This document shows, one piece after another, positions 28,781 through 38,151 of a stretch of 64,000 nt of DNA. The number at the start of each line of letters is the position of its first letter. Position 1 is the first letter of the stretch. The notes beneath the pieces were generated by a model. It saw only the letters and a program-made list of their open reading frames with translations, did no database searches and had not been told where the DNA came from. Source of the stretch: Candidatus Magasanikiibacteriota bacterium (lineage in GTDB: Bacteria; Patescibacteriota; Patescibacteriia; Magasanikbacterales; GWA2-37-8); assembly GCA_041666745.1 (NCBI GenBank), contig JBAYGI010000005.1:7748-71747 (forward strand), read 5' to 3'. Made by a program: the position numbers and the translations under genes.

Positions 28781-29584
28781 TTATACAGTCCTTAAGAATT
28801 TATCTGTAAGTTGTGGTTGAGCTTTGATTGGTTTTGATAATGGCCAAATCACTTCAAATTGTGTTTTTATCAAATCAACAAAATCGCGACTGTGAATAAC
28901 AAAACCAAAGCTCTCGGCACGAGAGGAAATAAACGCCACCTTGTCAGCATAAAGCCAATAACTCATATTCCACGTCATACTCTTTGGTGCTAAACGTAAT
29001 TCTCGCAAATGACCCTTACCCACCCCTAAAAACGGATGAGTTTTGAAATCTACTGCTTTGTCTCTCGGCCAAATTCCTCTAATTGAAATGCCTTGCTTTA
29101 TTCGTCTTCGGTTTAAATCCTCTAAATATTCTTTTCCTAAAATCTCAACCATTTCGCTAATTGGCCACATAGTTAAAGTTTCAATATCTTTGTACCACAA
29201 CATATCTTTTAAAACCTGCTTGATACCGGCCACGCCCGAATAGAATTTTATCTTTGGTTCCAAGGCTTTTGTTTTTGAAATTAAGTTTGGCAGTAAGTCG
29301 CTAATCGCTTGGTCGTTTTTCTTTAGATTCTCGATCCTTGAACGGACTAAATGCTGTAAATTTTTTACATCATCAACACTAAATAACTTTTTATTTTCTT
29401 CCTCTTTTTCAATTACCAAACCGCTGTTAATCAATACTTTTAAGCCATCATAAACAGTCGGGCGAGGTAGGTTAAGGTTTTCAGCCAATTGGCGAGCCGA
29501 GGAAAAGCCAGATTCTAAAAGACGGTCATAAATCCTTACACTATTGTCCGAAAACCCAATTTCTTTAAGTATTTTTTCTATCAT
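28781..29584 (-). CDS. TrmB-family transcriptional regulator
   Basis: LKEIGFS...IY..LL, LPRPTVYDGL..L...GLV HTH; PKIKFYSGVAGIK; YADKVAFIS. Confidence 0.88.
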   Translation of the reverse strand: MIEKILKEIGFSDNSVRIYDRLLESGFSSARQLAENLNLPRPTVYDGLKVLINSGLVIEKEEENKKLFSVDDVKNLQHLVRSRIENLKKNDQAISDLLPNLISKTKALEPKIKFYSGVAGIKQVLKDMLWYKDIETLTMWPISEMVEILGKEYLEDLNRRRIKQGISIRGIWPRDKAVDFKTHPFLGVGKGHLRELRLAPKSMTWNMSYWLYADKVAFISSRAESFGFVIHSRDFVDLIKTQFEVIWPLSKPIKAQPQLTDKFLRTV

Positions 29585-29692
29585 ACTAAATTATGTTAGT
29601 TATCCTATTTGTCGGCTGTCGACGACAGTTTTACAAGTTGATGATATAGCACTATACTTTATTTGTCAAATTTAAGTATTTAACTAATTTTT

Positions 29693-30757
29693 ATGAAGAA
29701 AAAAATAGTCGTTGGTGTTATAGCATTAGTCGTAATTTCACTTGTTGCAATTTTAATATCAAAAAGTGCAACTAACAATGTAAGAAAGGCAGAACTAACA
29801 CCAATCCGCATTGGTTGGCAAACCTCTTGGGCACCACAGACGCAAATTGCCGAAGTTTTAAAGCATACCAATATTTTAGAAAAGAATGGTTTGGTTGGAG
29901 ATTTTAAAGGGTTTAACTATGGCGGACCATTGTCAGAAGCGGCCGTTGCCGGCCAAGTTGACGTTTTATTTATGGGTGACTTCCCAGCTATAAATTTAAT
30001 TTCTAAAACAGACAAATTCACTATCGTGGCGCGTTTAATGGATTTTAGAAATGGCATTATTGTTCCAGCTAGTTCCACCATACAATCTCTTGCCGATTTG
30101 AGGGGCAAAGTAATCTCCATTCCTTTTGGTTCCTCGCCTCATCTCCATACCTTAAATTTCATCAAAGAAAATGGTTTTGATCCGACCAAAGATTTTCAAT
30201 TGAAAAATTTAGATATTTTAGAGCAAACAAACGTCATTCAAAAAGGATCGTTAGCAAAATGGGACGGCGTTGACGCATTTGTCACTTGGGATCCAACTAT
30301 GGCTATATTTGAGGATAGTGGCAAGGCGAGGGTTTTAAAAAGATTCTCTCCAGTAGGTGTCGTTGTAATGTCCAATGATTATATTAGTCGGCATTCGGCA
30401 GCAGCCAAAGATTTTTTGAAGGCTTTCATTGAGGATTATTACTATTATGCGAAGAACCAACAGCAGGCCAACCAATGGTTTATTGATGAAACTAAATTTT
30501 CCGGTTCACAATCAGTGATAGATAAAATGTCTTCGTTAGAAAAAAATCTCTTGGCAAAAGAAATTAAAGACGTTGATGTTGGTCTTTACGATTCCCACAT
30601 TAAAACTTTACAAGCCATAGCTGATGAGGCGGAAGCAAATAAATTGATCACTAAAGCTCCGATCATATCTCAAAAAATAAATTTACAATTTCTTGATGAG
30701 GCTAAAAAAGAAATTGGTCAATCAAATTTTGATCTCAATAGTGTAAATATCAAATGA
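29693..30757 (+). CDS. ABC substrate-binding protein, SsuA/TauA/NitT family
   Basis: N-terminal anchor; F..GGPL.EA..AG.VD, SLADLRGKVI..P.GS, DAFVTWDP. Confidence 0.88.
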   Translation: MKKKIVVGVIALVVISLVAILISKSATNNVRKAELTPIRIGWQTSWAPQTQIAEVLKHTNILEKNGLVGDFKGFNYGGPLSEAAVAGQVDVLFMGDFPAINLISKTDKFTIVARLMDFRNGIIVPASSTIQSLADLRGKVISIPFGSSPHLHTLNFIKENGFDPTKDFQLKNLDILEQTNVIQKGSLAKWDGVDAFVTWDPTMAIFEDSGKARVLKRFSPVGVVVMSNDYISRHSAAAKDFLKAFIEDYYYYAKNQQQANQWFIDETKFSGSQSVIDKMSSLEKNLLAKEIKDVDVGLYDSHIKTLQAIADEAEANKLITKAPIISQKINLQFLDEAKKEIGQSNFDLNSVNIK

Positions 30758-31503
30758 AGCCAATAATATTAAAAATAATATTACCAATAACTACAATTCT
30801 GGTGTGGCATATATTTTCTGTAAGCGGTATGAACGCGTCGGAAATTTTGCCCGGGCCTGCCAAAGTAATATCAGCCATATTGACATTGTTTACTCAAGAA
30901 TCAGTTTTAACCGATGTAATAGTAAGCTTAAAGCATGTAGCTATTGGTTTTGCCCTAGCCACCCTTGGCGGTGTAATTGTGGGCATATTATCCGGTTACT
31001 CAAAAACTATAAAAATGATTATCGGTCCAATCTTGGAATTTCTGCGACCAATACCGCCTATAAGTTGGATTCCGTTATCAATTTTATGGTTTGGTATTGG
31101 TGATAACCCTGCTTACTTTTTGGTTTTCTTAGGTGCATTTTTCCCGATAATGAGTAATGTTTATTTTGGCGTTATATCAGTTGAAGAAAATCATAAACGT
31201 GCCGCCCTAAGCTTGGGTGCTGGAAAAAAAGAACATCTATTCGACATAATATTGCCTGCGGCTCTACCGTCTATTTTTACAGGATTAAAAACAGGTCTGG
31301 GTATTAGTTGGTTTATGGTTATTACTGCCGAACTGGTTGGTTCACAATCGGGGCTAGGCTACATGATACAGCTAAACAGGCTTTTGCTCCGAACCGATCG
31401 AGTAATCGGAGGAATGGTGATAATTGGCGTTTTGGGTTATCTCATGAGCAAGATAATGACGTATTCGGAACGCAAACTAATACCGTGGCGAGTTACTGTC
31501 TAG
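30754..31503 (+). CDS. ABC permease, SsuC/TauC family
   Basis: LRPIPPISWIPL..LWFG, AALSLGA, LPAALPSIFTG, AELVG..GLGY. Confidence 0.93.
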   Translation: MKPIILKIILPITTILVWHIFSVSGMNASEILPGPAKVISAILTLFTQESVLTDVIVSLKHVAIGFALATLGGVIVGILSGYSKTIKMIIGPILEFLRPIPPISWIPLSILWFGIGDNPAYFLVFLGAFFPIMSNVYFGVISVEENHKRAALSLGAGKKEHLFDIILPAALPSIFTGLKTGLGISWFMVITAELVGSQSGLGYMIQLNRLLLRTDRVIGGMVIIGVLGYLMSKIMTYSERKLIPWRVTV

Positions 31504-31509
31504 TTTGAT

Positions 31510-32274
31510 ATGGCTAAAATAATTCTTGATAATGTTTCAAAAAGATTTGTTGATAAAAGCAAACAGTCAATCCAATCTCTCAATAATTTATCTTTTGAAA
31601 TTGACGAATCGGAAATAGTCTGTATTTTGGGGCCTTCGGGGTGTGGAAAAACAACCCTGATAAATATGCTGGCCGGTTATATTTTCCCTGATGACGGTAA
31701 TATCTTGCATAATGACGAACGAATAAATGGGCCAAGTGCCGAGAGAGCAGTGGTTTTTCAAGATCACGCTCTTTTTTCATGGAAGACCGTCAGGGGAAAT
31801 ATTGATTTTGGGCTTAAATGTAAAAAAATTGATAAGGTAAAAAGGACAGAAATTATCAACGAATATATAAGCAAATTCAATCTTCACGGATTTGATAAAC
31901 ATTTTCCACATCAATTGTCTGGCGGTATGAAACAAAGGGTCGGATTAGCTCGTGCTTTGGCCATAAAACCGGAGGTATTGCTTATGGATGAACCATTTAG
32001 TTCTTTGGACGAACAAACGAGAGAATTTTTACAAGAAGATCTGTTGCGAATCCATAGCGATATTAAGCCGACGATTGTTTTAGTAACGCACAACATTGAA
32101 GAAGCTATTTTTCTTGCCGACAAAATTATTGTATTAACCAAAAGACCCGGTACCATAAAAACAATTATTAAAGTGCCTTTTAACAGGCCTCGCCAATACG
32201 AAATTAGAAACTGCACTGATTTTCTACAATTTCGACAAAGTATTTGGAAAATTATACGAGAAGAGATAAGATAG
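31510..32274 (+). CDS. ABC ATP-binding protein, SsuB/TauB family
   Basis: GPSGCGKTT, LSGGMKQRV, LMDEPFSSLD, VTHNIEEAI. Confidence 0.95.
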   Translation: MAKIILDNVSKRFVDKSKQSIQSLNNLSFEIDESEIVCILGPSGCGKTTLINMLAGYIFPDDGNILHNDERINGPSAERAVVFQDHALFSWKTVRGNIDFGLKCKKIDKVKRTEIINEYISKFNLHGFDKHFPHQLSGGMKQRVGLARALAIKPEVLLMDEPFSSLDEQTREFLQEDLLRIHSDIKPTIVLVTHNIEEAIFLADKIIVLTKRPGTIKTIIKVPFNRPRQYEIRNCTDFLQFRQSIWKIIREEIR

Positions 32275-32282
32275 ACAAAAAA

Positions 32283-32352
32283 TTAAGTTATTGGTATACT
32301 ATCCACCATAAATTGGTGTTGGACTAAATACGTTCCAACTTCGTCCCACAAC
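32283..32352 (-). other. Displaced 3' coding fragment of the serine recombinase (22 codons plus TAA)
   Basis: Read in frame from the att core: LWDEVGTYLVQHQFMVDSIPIT*. Confidence 0.65.
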
Positions 32353-32361
32353 CCCGACATC

Positions 32362-32389
32362 GGTCGCCATAGCCTTGGCGAAGGCGACC
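32362..32389. repeat. REP-like hairpin just outside the right att site
   Basis: ggtcgccatagccttggcgaaggcgacc; inverted relative of 6981-7007. Confidence 0.65.
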
Positions 32390-32399
32390 CCTCAACTCT

Positions 32400-33278
32400 C
32401 TATCTACCCCCTGTTTTTACAGCGGGTTTTTTAGTTCTCTCTTCAATCATCTTCAAATACATCACACTATTTTTTTTGTAAATACTAGACAGTCTAGAAG
32501 CAGACTCGAATTCTGACTTTGCTTTTGAAAAATTATTCGCAGAAAAATATGCTATCGCCAATTCAAAATGCAGATCAGGTTCTTTGTCTAAAATCAGTTT
32601 AAGGTGTTCCAAAGTAGATGTAGCAAAATCTATATCCCCTTCTCGCCTAGCAATCAAGGCACTATAATATATCCCTGGCAAATTTGTCGGATCATCTTGT
32701 AAAAATTTTTGCGCCATCGTCTTGGCTATAGCCAAACTGCTTTCGGTGGTTTTTTCATCTCCCAAAATAAAAGAATTATCCGCTAAAATTATAAAAACAC
32801 GCAGAGCGCTACGGGTGGTTTCATAATCGTTTGGGGTATTTTTCAAAACTTCCAAATAATTTTCCGCCGCCTCTTTTTCTATCCCCTCCATATACGGGAT
32901 TAAAAAGTCACAAATTTTTGCAACGGCCAAATAATTTAAATAATTTTTGGGATTTAATTCTTTGGCCTTGCGGTAATCTACCAATGCTATAGCGGACGTC
33001 TTTTGAAATTCTATTGCTTGCGCGTCGGATAAATTTTTGTTTTCACTAATCATTTGACGCATTTTTTTAAACAACACATCTCCGGATCGACGATAAAAAT
33101 TTTCATCTTTTTTAACTTCTAAATTTGTGACCGATTGTTTCAATTTGGAATCTTGTTTTGAAAAATAAATAAAAGTTCCTGCCAAAATAAAAATCAATAC
33201 CAACAACAAACAAAAAATAATAATTTTTTTCTTTTCAAATTTTAAAGTGAGAATATTTTTTGTTTTCCGTCGATACAT
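32400..33278 (-). CDS. Membrane-anchored TPR-repeat protein
   Basis: N-terminal TM; YRKAKELNPKN, LAIAYF..NNFSKAKSEFE repeats. Confidence 0.8.
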   Translation of the reverse strand: MYRRKTKNILTLKFEKKKIIIFCLLLVLIFILAGTFIYFSKQDSKLKQSVTNLEVKKDENFYRRSGDVLFKKMRQMISENKNLSDAQAIEFQKTSAIALVDYRKAKELNPKNYLNYLAVAKICDFLIPYMEGIEKEAAENYLEVLKNTPNDYETTRSALRVFIILADNSFILGDEKTTESSLAIAKTMAQKFLQDDPTNLPGIYYSALIARREGDIDFATSTLEHLKLILDKEPDLHFELAIAYFSANNFSKAKSEFESASRLSSIYKKNSVMYLKMIEERTKKPAVKTGGR

Positions 33279-33299
33279 ATTTTGAAATTAATAAAATAA

Positions 33300-36200
33300 T
33301 TATGGTGTAGTGATAATTTCGGTAGCTGGTGGCACAGTCTCCGTTGGTGGTGTTTCAGCAGGAGGGGTTGTAGGGATACTTTCGACAGGAGGAGTTTCGG
33401 TTGTGATAACCGTAACTGGCTCAGTAGAAGTAGGTGCCCCTGTATCCACTATTGGCTCTGTTGAGCCAACAACAACATCACCTGACACAATATTTCCACC
33501 ATCTGTACTGCCCACAGCCGGTGCCACTACCTGATTTTTCTGTAACAAATCTTGCAACTGAGCTTCGGTAACACAAGTATTTCCAATGCACAATTCATTG
33601 GTGTGAATCTTTTCCGCAAAAAATTCTTTCACTTGCAAAAACCCGTCTTTAATAATCATTCCTAACTTACTCAAAGCATATTTTACAGTAATAGAAAATT
33701 TATCCAAAACTGTCGGAGTGCTAGTGCTGGTGGTACTGGTAACTAGTGTTTCAGGAATATCTTCCTCGGTCAAATCACCAATCGACCAATGTGGATTAAC
33801 AAAAATCTCAACTGTTCCGGTTGTGACAGTATCACCATTTGAAGACAAAGAAGTCAACGCAAAACCGATAACTCTGCCAGGTTCTTTTGCTTTTGTGGCA
33901 AAACCGGCAACGTTGGAAGCAGTGATTCCATCGCCGACATTAATTGTACCACTGGTAATGACAACATTCACAGGCACACGTCCGGCCAAAGCAACCAAAC
34001 GCGAAAATGTCGCGTCAGAATCATCTGAATTCAATCCTGACCCACCCAATATCATACCTGGGGCGGTGGAGATAACACCGATTGATTTATCACTTGATAA
34101 TTCAGAACATTTTTCTACAAAATAAACGCCCGTTGACGAACTATTTTTTGTACAAACTACATCACCGGCAACCGGACAAGAATTATTTTCCGCACAGCTT
34201 GGATCCACCGGATATGTTTCGGCCAAATCCAAAGTGGTTGTACCGGTTATAAACGAAGTGGCTTTAATGTATCCATTTACTCCAAGCCCGGCACCAGAAG
34301 CACCACCGGCATCGATGACCATTTTGTAACCAGTGACGTTGGTGGTGGTGTTCACTAAAATCGAACCAACAAAAGTAGTAGAAACTACATTCAAATTTTG
34401 AGACCAAACATTCTTCCAACGATAACTCGAAGTACCTAAATCATAAATAGAATCTGTTTCCGGAATTATGTCGTGTGTGGTAACTTTATTTAAACTAGTA
34501 TCACCGGTAACTTTCAGCGAAATCAAATTTTGATCATCACCAATTTTCAAAACATGATCAGTGTCATTGACAGATAATGCGCGGTAAATTGTATTGTTCC
34601 AACCAATGTTTACAAACACAGTAATAGACCCAACTGATGCGCCGGAATAACTTTCCATGGCGATACCAACAGTTGGTCCTTCGGCGGTTGCTTTCATAGC
34701 AACACCTGGAACATCCGAAGAAGTCAATTTGTCGCCTACCACAATCGCGCCATTCACAGTAGAAACTTTGGTCGGCACACGACCAGCCAAAGCCACTTTT
34801 CGCACACCAGCATTATCTTCCAAATTTCCAAAATCACCACCACCAAGCAACAACCCAGGATCAGTAGATACTATACCAATTACAGTATTGTCATACAAAT
34901 TAGAACATTTTTTTACTCCGGAATTCAAAGATGAATCCGAACAAACCAAATCACCTGCATTCGGACAACTTCCGTTGGCATAACAATTGGAATTTATCGG
35001 ATATGTCTCGGCGATATCTAATGTTGAAGAGCCGGTTATCAATGAAGTCGCATTAATCACCCCGCGCACTCCAATCCCATATCCTGTATCCGAACCAGAA
35101 TCTATAATCAATTTATACGCCGTAGCGCCCATATATGACGATGTGTTGATCAATACTTTACCGTCAGATTTCACTAAAAGTATATTTGCGGTTGAAGAAT
35201 TACTAACTTGAAAAATAGTTTCATAAGCTGCGTCAGTATATAATTGCAACCTTGCTGTGGGAGTGGTAGTCCCTATACCAACTTTACCACCTGAAGGAAC
35301 GATACCTAATAAACCTCCACTTGATACTGTAAAGGAAGAATAATTAGCCGAATCATAATTCAAACGAAGCTGTTCGGTTGTACTTAATACTTGCAGTTGG
35401 GAAGCTGGGGTTGATGTGCCTATACCAACTTTACCATTCATATTTATCCTCATCCTCTCAGACCAATCAGTAGTTTGATCAGACACTCCATTTGTGAAAA
35501 AAGCCAAACCAGATCTAAAATAATCTCCTTCTGCAGTTTGCAATATACCAGCAGATTTTTTCGTATATCCATTTCCATAACCTGTTTTCCATATTAAACC
35601 ACCACCAAAAGCAGTTCCAGTACCTGTTCCTGATGGGCCATTATTTATGCCGAACCTAACAGAGCTTGTATCAGTAAGACCTGTAGTAGCAAAATCAAGT
35701 TTTTCACTTGGTACAGCAGTGCCGGTACCAATACCAACATTGCCAGCATTAGAAATAATCATTCTCAGTGTTTCACCTGATCCAGTTATAAATCTAATAA
35801 CACCTTCTGTGCTTGCAGGGCTGGATGGACTACCAGCGGCAAAAAACAGATTGCCTCTTTGGTTTACAGTTGCACTATATGTATTACCACGCCCGCCGAA
35901 ATATGGACCATTTGCATTACTAAATGTTGGTGTCGCGCCAAACATATATCCACCAGTCATATCAGAACCACTCAAATATACCATGTTTGTGTCATAACTA
36001 TTCGAAGCAGCTGCTCCTAATTGTATATTGCCCTCTCCAGAACTATTGCCACCCGTCAGCTTCAAAGATGAGCCATTAGCAAAAGTAGTCGCAACAGAAT
36101 TTGCAGGAGTAATGGTCAAAGCACCGTCTGATCCTACAGAAAAATCCGTGTAGTTGGCGGCAGAACCGTCTGAATCGTTGTAGGTAAGTCGCAAATCAGC

Positions 36201-37589
36201 ACCGGTGGCGGAATTTATTTCTAATGCTTTGCCCGGTCCGGTGGTGCCAATACCTACATTTCTTGTACTATTTACCATATACAATGTTGGCGCAGTAAAA
36301 GTAATCGCCGAATCTGCATCGCCAGTAGCTGCTTGATAAAAAGAAATATCACCGTTAGAATCTCTATAATTTACAAGAGAAACATAATCTGCCGCAAGAC
36401 GTTTCCATCCACTGCTATTATATATATTATGACCCATGATAGAACCGCCAGCAATATCAAATACTAAACCGTATGCGGCACTCGCGCCGTCTAATTGTAA
36501 AGTTGATTTTGGTGTGATAGTACCAATTCCAATTTTACCGTCTCCTTTTATCGTCAAGCGAGCTGTGCTGTTGTATCCTGCATTATACAAAGAACCAAAC
36601 ACCATATCTACTGTTGTCCCATTATATCGCGTATCTATTTGACCAGTAATATTAGAGCTATCGCGCCAAGTAATAGCTTTTTGTGCGCCGTTGGCATTAT
36701 ATCCTGTTCTAAAATTTAAAATCTCACTATTTGCGGATGTTGTACCAGCATCTGTAATCTGAAATTTCGTAGTAGTACCTGTATTTGAAGGGGCAAGAGT
36801 AAGTGCTCCATTACTACCCACAGTGAAAGAAGAATAATTAGACGCGTCATAATTCAATCTCAGCTGTTCTGTAGTTGCTAAAACCCCCAACTTTGCCGAC
36901 GGTGTTGTCGTACCAATGCCTACATTACCTCCTGTAGTCGCAAAAGTCGCGCCGTATGGGAAAGTAGAAGTGGCCGAACCGTAAATCGTGGTGGTGGCTG
37001 TGCCATTTCCTACGCTAATTCCTGTGCCTGCGCCGGATTGTAATATGTTCAAGGCCGGTGAAGCGGAATTGGCAGTAATGGACAAAATATTACTAAATGT
37101 CCAAGTCGCTGTGATTGTTTCGTTTGTTGCCAACTTTGCATAAGAGGAAGAAGCTAACCCGCCAAGTTTACCTGCCTCAAATGCCGATGGCACTGTGCCA
37201 AGTTTTTTGCGAGGCAATAATGTTTCCATCGTCGTTGTGCTATTGTCACTCACCTGCATTTCAAGATACAAATCTTGATTGAAATTTACACTGTCTAAAT
37301 TCGCCACTGAACCAAGTAATACACTAAATAATCCATTGGTCACTTGCACTTGGTTGGTGCTGGTGCGCGTTTCTGTCCATAGTACCGAACTACAGCCATC
37401 ATCCGCGCACAATTGGAATTGCATGTTGTACACACCATCAGCTACCGCCGCGTCACTGTTATTAGTCAGCTTACCTTGGTAGTTTATTTGAGGGTTATAA
37501 GTGGTGGCTTTGGAAACGCCAAACATAGCCAAAGAGATCGTGGCTATTATGAGCACTATTGCTACTTTCCCAAACCGCCAATTGTACAT
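33300..37589 (-). CDS. Giant secreted phage-tail-fibre-like surface protein with duplicated chaperone/peptidase-G2-like domain
   Basis: Signal peptide from MYNWRF (37589); INYQGKL..VTNGLFSVLLG head; GNVGIGTTTP repeats; two DxAETYP..GxxST.PG..VALAGRVP domains; CIGNTCVTEAQL; Pro/Thr tail. Confidence 0.85.
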   Translation of the reverse strand: MYNWRFGKVAIVLIIATISLAMFGVSKATTYNPQINYQGKLTNNSDAAVADGVYNMQFQLCADDGCSSVLWTETRTSTNQVQVTNGLFSVLLGSVANLDSVNFNQDLYLEMQVSDNSTTTMETLLPRKKLGTVPSAFEAGKLGGLASSSYAKLATNETITATWTFSNILSITANSASPALNILQSGAGTGISVGNGTATTTIYGSATSTFPYGATFATTGGNVGIGTTTPSAKLGVLATTEQLRLNYDASNYSSFTVGSNGALTLAPSNTGTTTKFQITDAGTTSANSEILNFRTGYNANGAQKAITWRDSSNITGQIDTRYNGTTVDMVFGSLYNAGYNSTARLTIKGDGKIGIGTITPKSTLQLDGASAAYGLVFDIAGGSIMGHNIYNSSGWKRLAADYVSLVNYRDSNGDISFYQAATGDADSAITFTAPTLYMVNSTRNVGIGTTGPGKALEINSATGADLRLTYNDSDGSAANYTDFSVGSDGALTITPANSVATTFANGSSLKLTGGNSSGEGNIQLGAAASNSYDTNMVYLSGSDMTGGYMFGATPTFSNANGPYFGGRGNTYSATVNQRGNLFFAAGSPSSPASTEGVIRFITGSGETLRMIISNAGNVGIGTGTAVPSEKLDFATTGLTDTSSVRFGINNGPSGTGTGTAFGGGLIWKTGYGNGYTKKSAGILQTAEGDYFRSGLAFFTNGVSDQTTDWSERMRINMNGKVGIGTSTPASQLQVLSTTEQLRLNYDSANYSSFTVSSGGLLGIVPSGGKVGIGTTTPTARLQLYTDAAYETIFQVSNSSTANILLVKSDGKVLINTSSYMGATAYKLIIDSGSDTGYGIGVRGVINATSLITGSSTLDIAETYPINSNCYANGSCPNAGDLVCSDSSLNSGVKKCSNLYDNTVIGIVSTDPGLLLGGGDFGNLEDNAGVRKVALAGRVPTKVSTVNGAIVVGDKLTSSDVPGVAMKATAEGPTVGIAMESYSGASVGSITVFVNIGWNNTIYRALSVNDTDHVLKIGDDQNLISLKVTGDTSLNKVTTHDIIPETDSIYDLGTSSYRWKNVWSQNLNVVSTTFVGSILVNTTTNVTGYKMVIDAGGASGAGLGVNGYIKATSFITGTTTLDLAETYPVDPSCAENNSCPVAGDVVCTKNSSSTGVYFVEKCSELSSDKSIGVISTAPGMILGGSGLNSDDSDATFSRLVALAGRVPVNVVITSGTINVGDGITASNVAGFATKAKEPGRVIGFALTSLSSNGDTVTTGTVEIFVNPHWSIGDLTEEDIPETLVTSTTSTSTPTVLDKFSITVKYALSKLGMIIKDGFLQVKEFFAEKIHTNELCIGNTCVTEAQLQDLLQKNQVVAPAVGSTDGGNIVSGDVVVGSTEPIVDTGAPTSTEPVTVITTETPPVESIPTTPPAETPPTETVPPATEIITTP

Positions 37590-37596
37590 AACCTGT

Positions 37597-38013
37597 TTAC
37601 GGTCTTGTTGAGGATGCCGTAAAACCCGAAGAAACCTCTGACGAGTGTTCAGAATAAATGGTATTAAGCTGAAACGCGCCAAAGTTGAGATCTTTTTTAG
37701 AGGTAAAATCTTCTTTGGTTGTAGAGAATTTGGCTACATATAAGTAAAAAATTAATAATAAAATAATTAAAAAACCGGCCACAATAAGACCGGCTGGTTT
37801 GTTTTTTAAATTTTGTTGTTTTGAAGACACTACTACGAGCTTATCGTCACCCAATTTTTTGACCATGAACATCCGCAAGTCCGACTCCCTCACACACCAA
37901 TTTCTACCCAATCGCTCGCCGTGTAATTTACTACCACGAATTAGAGAACTCAAATAGTCCTGGTGATAACCAGAAATACGGGAGGCCTCTTTTAAAGAAA
38001 TAAGCCCACTCAT
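37597..38013 (-). CDS. Excisionase-like HTH protein with C-terminal TM segment
   Basis: ISLKEASRISGYHQDYLSSLIR..KL.GERLGRNW; hydrophobic LIVAGFLIILLLIFYLYV; start uncertain (38013-38052). Confidence 0.8.
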   Translation of the reverse strand: MSGLISLKEASRISGYHQDYLSSLIRGSKLHGERLGRNWCVRESDLRMFMVKKLGDDKLVVVSSKQQNLKNKPAGLIVAGFLIILLLIFYLYVAKFSTTKEDFTSKKDLNFGAFQLNTIYSEHSSEVSSGFTASSTRP

Positions 38014-38096
38014 ATAGTATATTTTACCCATATCGTCTATCCGAGATCTCATATCGGATATCCGATGTTAATAATATAAACATATTATAACACAAA

Positions 38097-38120
38097 AAAG
38101 CATTCCGAAGAATGCTTTTG
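38097..38120 (-). terminator. Terminator hairpin
   Basis: aaagcattc-cgaa-gaatgctttt. Confidence 0.6.
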
Positions 38121-38151
38121 CTCTAAAAATAAAAAAATGTGTGGATAACTA

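Larger units (their letters stand above)
24947..32359. mobile_element. Integrative element (~7.4 kb) at the tRNA-Pro 3' end: serine recombinase, rolling-circle Rep, ABC importer cargo
   Basis: Direct repeat cccgaca at 24947-24953 and 32353-32359; recombinase abuts the tRNA; joining the ends gives an in-frame recombinase extension. Confidence 0.8.

Noticed and set aside
37590-37682. HTH gene and giant fibre gene as one frameshifted fusion
   Set aside because: The fibre gene has its own ATG and signal peptide 8 nt after the HTH stop, and no slippery site is evident.
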